64,000 bases of DNA from Candidatus Omnitrophota bacterium (lineage in GTDB: Bacteria; Omnitrophota; Gorgyraeia; Tantalellales; Tantalellaceae). The notes under the pieces were generated by a model. It saw nothing but the letters and a program-made list of their open reading frames with translations. It had not been told where the DNA came from and ran no database searches. Below, piece after piece: positions 58,231 through 64,000 of the stretch. The DNA lies in NCBI GenBank assembly GCA_015231405.1, contig JADGBR010000002.1, forward strand, positions 133,547 to 197,546, read 5' to 3'. The stretch's first letter is position 1; every line of letters starts with the position of its first letter. Both the position numbers and the translations under genes were made by a program.

Positions 58231-61200
58231 TTACGCGAATGTTACAAGTGAATACAACCGCCTAAGGTCCATGTAATCCATTGGGGCGGATTTTGGGGTG
58301 AAGAGGTAATTATTGCCTTTCGGGGTCATGGCTATGAGGCCGGTCAGGGCGAAGATCTCTTCTTCTGTTCGTATTTTAGCGGACAGTTCCAACGCGAGGC
58401 GGAATATCTCGGTCACGTACATATACGAATCTGGCGTAAGCTCGCCGCTCGCAATGCCGGCGATAAAGACGTTCTTATCGTCAGCTATGGATTTTATCTC
58501 CAGTGCCGGGCTTTCGGCTATGACCACGGTACGAATATCACCGTATTTTTCGCGCAAAGCTTTTAATTCCGCGTTAAGCCCGGGCTCATCGGCTTTATCC
58601 GTTACGATGAAGGGTATTCCCTTTTCGTCCGAATATTTTCTTAAGGCGGTGATAAGTATACTTATATCCATGGCCTGGGGATGTTCTTTCTTATCGTAGC
58701 CGGGGATCCAGCCGGTTGAGAATATGACAGCGGTCTTTATTTCTTTTTCGGACGATAGACACTTGATCATGTCCTTAGCGCCGGATACCGCTTGTGTTAT
58801 GGGCTCGGCGGCTAATTCCGACTGGATAGCGTCCTTCCTGTCCCGCCCTAGCGAGATTTTAATTTTCTCGATCATTTCGGAATACTCTTTTTTATCAAGC
58901 CACCCGTCAATATCCGGCTGTATCTTCGTCAATTCATCCAGAAGAAATTGAAAGTTTCTCATGCTGACCTTATCCGGATCTGAAGGGTTATCCTTCACAA
59001 AAAGACCGGCGATCGTAAAAAGCCTGTATATTTCAGGCCCACCCCAGCTATTTTTGCCACGCATGGCCCGGCACGCGTCTATTATGTGCTCGGCCTCCTC
59101 CACCCCAAGCAAAACAAGGTCCTTTTTCCTTGAAAGCACCTCCATAGCCTTGACCATAAGATAAGCTTCTCTTATCGCGTCTTTAATGGCCTTTTCCATG
59201 GACTCCCTTACAAATTCGATCTCGCCGGGATTGGCGCAAGCCGATATCTTTGAGATAAGCTTTTGGGGCAGATCCTCCGATTCGCCGACGGTGGGAAGGA
59301 CGAACGCTTTGCGCAAGGCTCCCTCATCATCCGCCAGCTCCAGTATACGGTCGTCGCTCATCGCGTCTACTTTACGGAATATCTCTTCTTTCCATGGGTG
59401 GTCGATCTCAAGGAATTTTCTGAGATAAGTGTAATAGATAATGTTCGACCTTGAAAGGAAATTGGCCATCCAGCCATTCTTCAATAGTTCGGCATTCCCG
59501 TCTCTCCTTGTTGACGGTGACATTTCAGGTTCATACTTGAACGCCGTGCCATCAACTTCCAACCTTTTACCGACGGCCGCTAAGAGGAACCTGCCCTGTC
59601 CCGCGATAGCCCTGACCTCGCCAAGCCTATCCTTGTATCTTTTGAAGGCGGCGATAGCTCCGTCGCTAAAGGCGTCGTAACGGACTTCCCTGACAAAGTC
59701 AGCGTAAGCGCCTCCCGAAATACTCCCCCAGCTCACCGAATAGAACTTTTCCAGATTGTCCCGCGTCGAAAAAAATTCCGATAGCGCCTCGCTCACGGAA
59801 AAGGCATTCTCTATCCTGGCCATTTTCTCCCTGATATTCACGAGAAGCCTGGACACCTTGGGACCGGAGGTATTGAGTATAGAGTCGAAACCCTCGACTA
59901 TCGCCGTCAATCCCATAATAACATCCGTTTCCAGTCCCATCATGCTGTGTTTATCGAACAATTTCCTACACGAAGGCGTGTTCCAAATATCGTCAGACCC
60001 GCCCGATTCCAGTGCTAGGCCTCCCCTTAATCCGTCATATATCTCAGAGGTCGAAATTAAAATATCCCACGCCCGGACGAGATCGAGAACGAACAGAAAA
60101 TATAGACCTTCCCGACTGGAATCGAGAACGCTTCTCTGCAATTCATCGTATACCTTAAAACGCGCTTCCATGGGACAATTCGTCCGGGCCATTATCTCTT
60201 TAAGTTTTTCATCCACGGTGATATCCGATCCGCCGGTATTTTCGCGAATATTCCCTATAAAACCCAGCAATGCAAATTTGAAAGAATTCCGGTCTTTGAG
60301 CCCTCCGGCTTCGGGGGCGGTATAGCTTTTATCAATTTTTTCCGTCAGAATCGCTACCCTTTCATTTACCTCGTTCTCGTCTATTACATCTTCCTGGACG
60401 GTAAAATACCCGTTCTCCCTGATAAAACCTATCATCCCCAGAAGGGCCTTGAGGCTCCGCATATCGCCCGGATGTCCCGACATGGCCAATACGTCTCCAA
60501 GCGCCAGCATTATGTAAATGCGGTTCGGACGGATGAATAAATGTTTTTCCAGTTTGAATATATTGAACGCGTCCTCCGGGGTCACAAGCTGGAGGTCCTT
60601 ATCCTGCGACATTAGATATAAGGCCCGGAACAGAATATACGCCGATCGGACCCTGTTCCGGGCGCCTTTGATCCCGATATCGGACATTAATCGTTTGATA
60701 TCGCCGGGAGTTTCTACCGCGTCAAGGATATTTTGCCGTATCATGGGACCGAGGCCTATATCCATAGTACCGGGAAGGACCAAGAGTTCTCTAAGAGTCA
60801 GACATTGTCCTTTCAGGAAGTGCACCACGATATCGTTGTTCAGCCCGCGATAATCGTTATATTTCCCCGGCACCATGTTTATTAGCGAGTTTACTTCGGA
60901 CATCACCTGCTTGTAAGACAATTTATCCACCGAATCGAATACCGTTTTTTTGAGGGGATGGTCCTCACTCAGGAACGCCGAAACATACCTCCATTCCGGC
61001 GAATATTCCTCGAGACCCTCTACTCCTATTTCTCTCACCTCTTTAGGAAATAGATAGAACCCTCTCAAAAGGACATGCCTCACTAAAGGATTGAACATGG
61101 TATCGTTTTTTCTGTCGAAATACGGAGAACTAACAGGCGTATTAGCCGCGGCACCGTTATCCTCTCGCAGGCCAGGGCCATTTTCGCCTTCCCGTAACGT

Positions 61201-62718
61201 CAATTTGATAACTGAAGTTTCCATTCCTCTTTCCAGGGAAATGTCCCACCCCGCGCCAAGGCATATCTTTTTCAGGCTGGAAATATTCATCCCCTTGAAC
61301 CGGGTCATAATCAGATCTTCCGTCTCAAGCGGCCCGCGGATAAGAGCGGAAATAGTACAACCATTTTTACCCCCGCCATCGCCGGACTTCAAAGTTGATA
61401 CCTCGACACAAGTCCCTTTCAGGATAACGTTATTGACGATCGCGGAAATGATTGAAATAGCCTGAGCTGCCTTGGTATGCTCTATCCTGAGCTCTCCCAG
61501 GGTCTTATCCAGGGCTAAGGTTAATCTTCCCGTTTGCCCGCCCTGGCTCGGCCGGCGCGGTCCTTTCACGGCGACCACGCCGGCAATATCTTCTATCTCG
61601 GCGTTAATGTCCGAAACAGGGTAGTTAAGGTCCGAAAAATGCCTTCTAACTTGAACGAATTCCGCGAGATCCCTGATCTCACCGGCCACGGCTTCTACGT
61701 TAATCGGTTCTTTCAGCGTGATCTTAAAATAGTCCAGCTTCGTTATCAGTTTTTCCAATATACCGATAAAATAACCCGAGACCATGCGCTCCTCAATAAA
61801 AGTTGCCGCGTATTTATAGAAATCGCCCAAGCTATATTCCCTGTAGATATCCGATATTATCCCTGAAAGCCTCTTATCCTTGCCCGCGTCCACGCCGCTC
61901 ATATCCAACCTCGAGGAGAGAGCCATTAACCTTGAATAAATGTTGTAGTCCCCGTCTGGATAGAAGTCGTCTATATCTATTGTCTTTTTAATAGACGCCG
62001 ACGATACCGGCACCGATCCGATCTCAGTATCTATATCGGCGTAAACCCCATTATAGGGACCCAAACGTTCTTTCTCGTCATCTTCCAGTTCAAGTATTTG
62101 AGTGCCTTTCCATTCTCCGTCCTTATTAAAACAATAAATTATCCCGATACGTTCATTGGCGGAAGTAATATATGGCAGCCTGAACCCCGAGAGCCTGGCT
62201 TTACCCAGAATGTCCTCCCTATACCAGGGGGTCACTTCATCTATAAGATATCTTTCCAGGGATAAACCGCCGTCAGGACCCCTCTGCCGAAAATATTTTC
62301 TCAGAAGTGCCCGAAGTATACCAGCCGGATCCTCGATATCGTATAATTTTGATTTGACCAGGAACCGGCTTATCACCTGGCTGAGCTCCATGAAGGCCCA
62401 GCGGTACCTTATGGAGGGATACGGGGTGCGGCCGGCCCTTTCCTCTTCGTTCCGGGCGAGCTCGCCCGCCTCGACCTTGTCGCGCTCGGTGTTCCAGCGG
62501 TCGATCGCGGCCTGGTCGACGCTAACATCCCATTCGAGGGTATCAGGGTTAAAGAAAACGTTACAGATAGGCTTCGACGCCAGCGGCGGGGCCAGAGCGG
62601 CGCGCTCGGAGGCGTTCGCGCCGTACGCCGGTAGAACCAGCGTGACGGAGAGAATGATCGCGATGAATTTTTTAATATGTCCCATTTTTGTTATCCGATA
62701 TTTCCAGGGCACCCACAA
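58231..62718 (-). CDS. Giant (1495 aa) signal-peptide-bearing protein of unknown function
   Basis: N-terminal signal/anchor (KKFIAIILSVTLVLPAYGANA), largely alpha-helical composition, no enzymatic or repeat motif recognised; uninterrupted ORF. Confidence 0.55.
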   Translation of the reverse strand: MWVPWKYRITKMGHIKKFIAIILSVTLVLPAYGANASERAALAPPLASKPICNVFFNPDTLEWDVSVDQAAIDRWNTERDKVEAGELARNEEERAGRTPYPSIRYRWAFMELSQVISRFLVKSKLYDIEDPAGILRALLRKYFRQRGPDGGLSLERYLIDEVTPWYREDILGKARLSGFRLPYITSANERIGIIYCFNKDGEWKGTQILELEDDEKERLGPYNGVYADIDTEIGSVPVSSASIKKTIDIDDFYPDGDYNIYSRLMALSSRLDMSGVDAGKDKRLSGIISDIYREYSLGDFYKYAATFIEERMVSGYFIGILEKLITKLDYFKITLKEPINVEAVAGEIRDLAEFVQVRRHFSDLNYPVSDINAEIEDIAGVVAVKGPRRPSQGGQTGRLTLALDKTLGELRIEHTKAAQAISIISAIVNNVILKGTCVEVSTLKSGDGGGKNGCTISALIRGPLETEDLIMTRFKGMNISSLKKICLGAGWDISLERGMETSVIKLTLREGENGPGLREDNGAAANTPVSSPYFDRKNDTMFNPLVRHVLLRGFYLFPKEVREIGVEGLEEYSPEWRYVSAFLSEDHPLKKTVFDSVDKLSYKQVMSEVNSLINMVPGKYNDYRGLNNDIVVHFLKGQCLTLRELLVLPGTMDIGLGPMIRQNILDAVETPGDIKRLMSDIGIKGARNRVRSAYILFRALYLMSQDKDLQLVTPEDAFNIFKLEKHLFIRPNRIYIMLALGDVLAMSGHPGDMRSLKALLGMIGFIRENGYFTVQEDVIDENEVNERVAILTEKIDKSYTAPEAGGLKDRNSFKFALLGFIGNIRENTGGSDITVDEKLKEIMARTNCPMEARFKVYDELQRSVLDSSREGLYFLFVLDLVRAWDILISTSEIYDGLRGGLALESGGSDDIWNTPSCRKLFDKHSMMGLETDVIMGLTAIVEGFDSILNTSGPKVSRLLVNIREKMARIENAFSVSEALSEFFSTRDNLEKFYSVSWGSISGGAYADFVREVRYDAFSDGAIAAFKRYKDRLGEVRAIAGQGRFLLAAVGKRLEVDGTAFKYEPEMSPSTRRDGNAELLKNGWMANFLSRSNIIYYTYLRKFLEIDHPWKEEIFRKVDAMSDDRILELADDEGALRKAFVLPTVGESEDLPQKLISKISACANPGEIEFVRESMEKAIKDAIREAYLMVKAMEVLSRKKDLVLLGVEEAEHIIDACRAMRGKNSWGGPEIYRLFTIAGLFVKDNPSDPDKVSMRNFQFLLDELTKIQPDIDGWLDKKEYSEMIEKIKISLGRDRKDAIQSELAAEPITQAVSGAKDMIKCLSSEKEIKTAVIFSTGWIPGYDKKEHPQAMDISILITALRKYSDEKGIPFIVTDKADEPGLNAELKALREKYGDIRTVVIAESPALEIKSIADDKNVFIAGIASGELTPDSYMYVTEIFRLALELSAKIRTEEEIFALTGLIAMTPKGNNYLFTPKSAPMDYMDLRRLYSLVTFA

Positions 62719-62835
62719 GGGGTGCCCCTACGCCGGAACCCATGCCTGCCCTCCGAAGCCTTGGCGAAGAAGGGCCCCATGCCCCACCTGTCCGCCGTAG
62801 CCTTGGCGAAGGCGGATGCCCCATGCCCCATGCCT
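62705..62835. repeat. GGGCACCC...CCGAAGCCTTGGCGAAG element, copy upstream of the giant gene, extended by a second GCCGTAGCCTTGGCGAAGGCGG unit
   Basis: Direct-orientation copy of 58110..58195, then TGTCCGCCGTAGCCTTGGCGAAGGCGGATGCCCCATGCCCCATGCC resembling 19968..20012. Confidence 0.75.
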
Positions 62836-62839
62836 AGTT

Positions 62840-63964
62840 TTACAGCGACTCCTGAATTTTCCTATCCGCCAACCTGTACTCCTTGATCTCCGCCCCAAGC
62901 ATCCCCGGTATCGGGAGAATTATCGACCTTCCGTTGAACAATTCATTTAGGGGCATGTTCTCGAGATCTCCTCTCAGTTTCAGGGGATCTATGGCTCCCT
63001 CAGTCATCAGTCCCGCACATTTTATTACTTTTTCGATAATATCCTTTATCCTGGTTTCATCGTCTGACTTGTTCAGTTTCGAGTATATGTAATTCACGTA
63101 ATGCCGCGCGGCCAGCATCTGCCATGAAACGGGGAGGAAATCGCCCTCGAGGCCGACCATGTACGCCGCGCCGTCTATCTTATCCTTCGCGATATCGGAG
63201 AAGGCCCAGGTGAACACTATTTCATCTTTTTTACGGGCTTCGAGTAAACCTCGAAACTCGTCTAACCTCCGCATGTTATCCTCCGAACCGGTGCCGTCGT
63301 CGACGTAAATCACATATTTAACGTTATCGACCGGCTCGCATTCCATTAGCCCTCTTTCCTTAAGTATCTTTTTCCCGACCTTCCTGGATATGACCTCCCA
63401 TTCCCCGGCCAGCTGTTCCTCGAGAAGAGCGTCCACATCCTCACCATTATGGGCCTTGATCACAAGGCCTATCGTGCAGGGATTGGTCATGAGTGACGCT
63501 TTATCCCCGCCATTAGCTCCGGTAAACGTCTCGAGTATCGCCATTGATGTTCCAGTTACATACGCAGGCGGCATTCGATGTTCCTCTACCGGCGGATAAA
63601 TTATCTCTTCATTATCATAATCGGAATAGATAAGAAAACCATCGGGTCTGATCGATCCCAAAAGCCTTATCATAAAGTCGTTATTTTTGAGAAGATACTG
63701 GGTAGTCTCAGTCGGGCTCCCTCTTTCCCATTGCAAAGCGATATTTCTCAATAACGCTATATCCGTTTTTTTCTTAAAAATATTGTTCCACTGTTCTTTG
63801 TCCAGCAGGTCCCCGTAACCGTAGGTTATGACTGTCTTCCCGAAGCCGAACTTAGTCCCGTCAAAATACAGTTTATGCTCGGACATCGTTCCCGGGTCGA
63901 TATCAATAACATCTATCTCCAAACTCCACTCCGAAATGTTCTCTTCCAAAAAGTTCTTATTCAT
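62840..63964 (-). CDS. Hypothetical protein (374 aa)
   Basis: Complete ORF upstream of the giant gene; acidic, no recognised motifs. Confidence 0.45.
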   Translation of the reverse strand: MNKNFLEENISEWSLEIDVIDIDPGTMSEHKLYFDGTKFGFGKTVITYGYGDLLDKEQWNNIFKKKTDIALLRNIALQWERGSPTETTQYLLKNNDFMIRLLGSIRPDGFLIYSDYDNEEIIYPPVEEHRMPPAYVTGTSMAILETFTGANGGDKASLMTNPCTIGLVIKAHNGEDVDALLEEQLAGEWEVISRKVGKKILKERGLMECEPVDNVKYVIYVDDGTGSEDNMRRLDEFRGLLEARKKDEIVFTWAFSDIAKDKIDGAAYMVGLEGDFLPVSWQMLAARHYVNYIYSKLNKSDDETRIKDIIEKVIKCAGLMTEGAIDPLKLRGDLENMPLNELFNGRSIILPIPGMLGAEIKEYRLADRKIQESL

Positions 63965-64000
63965 GACTTCCGCTATAAGCCTGGCGGCATCCTCTAATTC

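Overview
This 64-kb window is a gene-dense bacterial chromosomal segment of about 50% GC in which every credible gene (58 calls) lies on the minus strand. I judge the plus-strand ORFs in the track to be antisense artefacts.

Recognisable content, left to right on the plus coordinate:
- A class I SAM methyltransferase.
- A 61-aa relic of an IS200/IS605-type (Y1, RAYT-like) transposase.
- A large multi-domain sensor kinase.
- A lipid-linked glycosylation module: GT-C membrane transferase, DPM1-like GT2, methyltransferase, and three unknown small genes.
- A complete 10-gene MoxR / DUF58 / vWA Bat-type (BatA-E) aerotolerance operon.
- A two-component pair (HisKA sensor with OmpR regulator).
- UPF0016/GDT1, DUF2062 and SPFH genes.
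- An ECF-type CbiMN-Q-O Ni/Co importer preceded by a PAS kinase and a receiver.
- UppP, a CDF exporter, ExbB/ExbD, an aminotransferase, TrpB2, a REC-GGDEF regulator and a flavoprotein.
- A GH57-only glycogen cluster (GlgC, three GH57 paralogs, GlgA, DUF4912, DUF2934).
- DacC-like carboxypeptidase, a radical SAM enzyme, Xth, Eda, an HMGL-like aldolase, RlmD, CysK, MetY and an Rrf2 regulator.
- A 1495-aa signal-peptide-bearing protein with no recognisable domain, followed by a 374-aa unknown.

The most unusual feature is the intergenic DNA. Nearly every spacer longer than about 60 bp carries a member of one of at least eight small palindromic or tandem-repeat element families, each present in 2-4 copies:
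- a REP/MITE-like CCCCGTCATTGCGAG...CTCGCAATGACGG family;
- two near-identical perfect 26-bp hairpins;
- GTGATGGG, GTGGGACGT, GGTTCGTGATTCG, GACCATG and GCCTTGGCGAAGG families;
- a conserved ~80-nt element found twice.

Several of these repeats are translated in the naive ORF calls and inflate N-termini, so I have corrected the affected starts. The giant unknown gene is bracketed by directly repeated copies of one element family.

All functional calls come from motif recognition by eye. I ran no database search.
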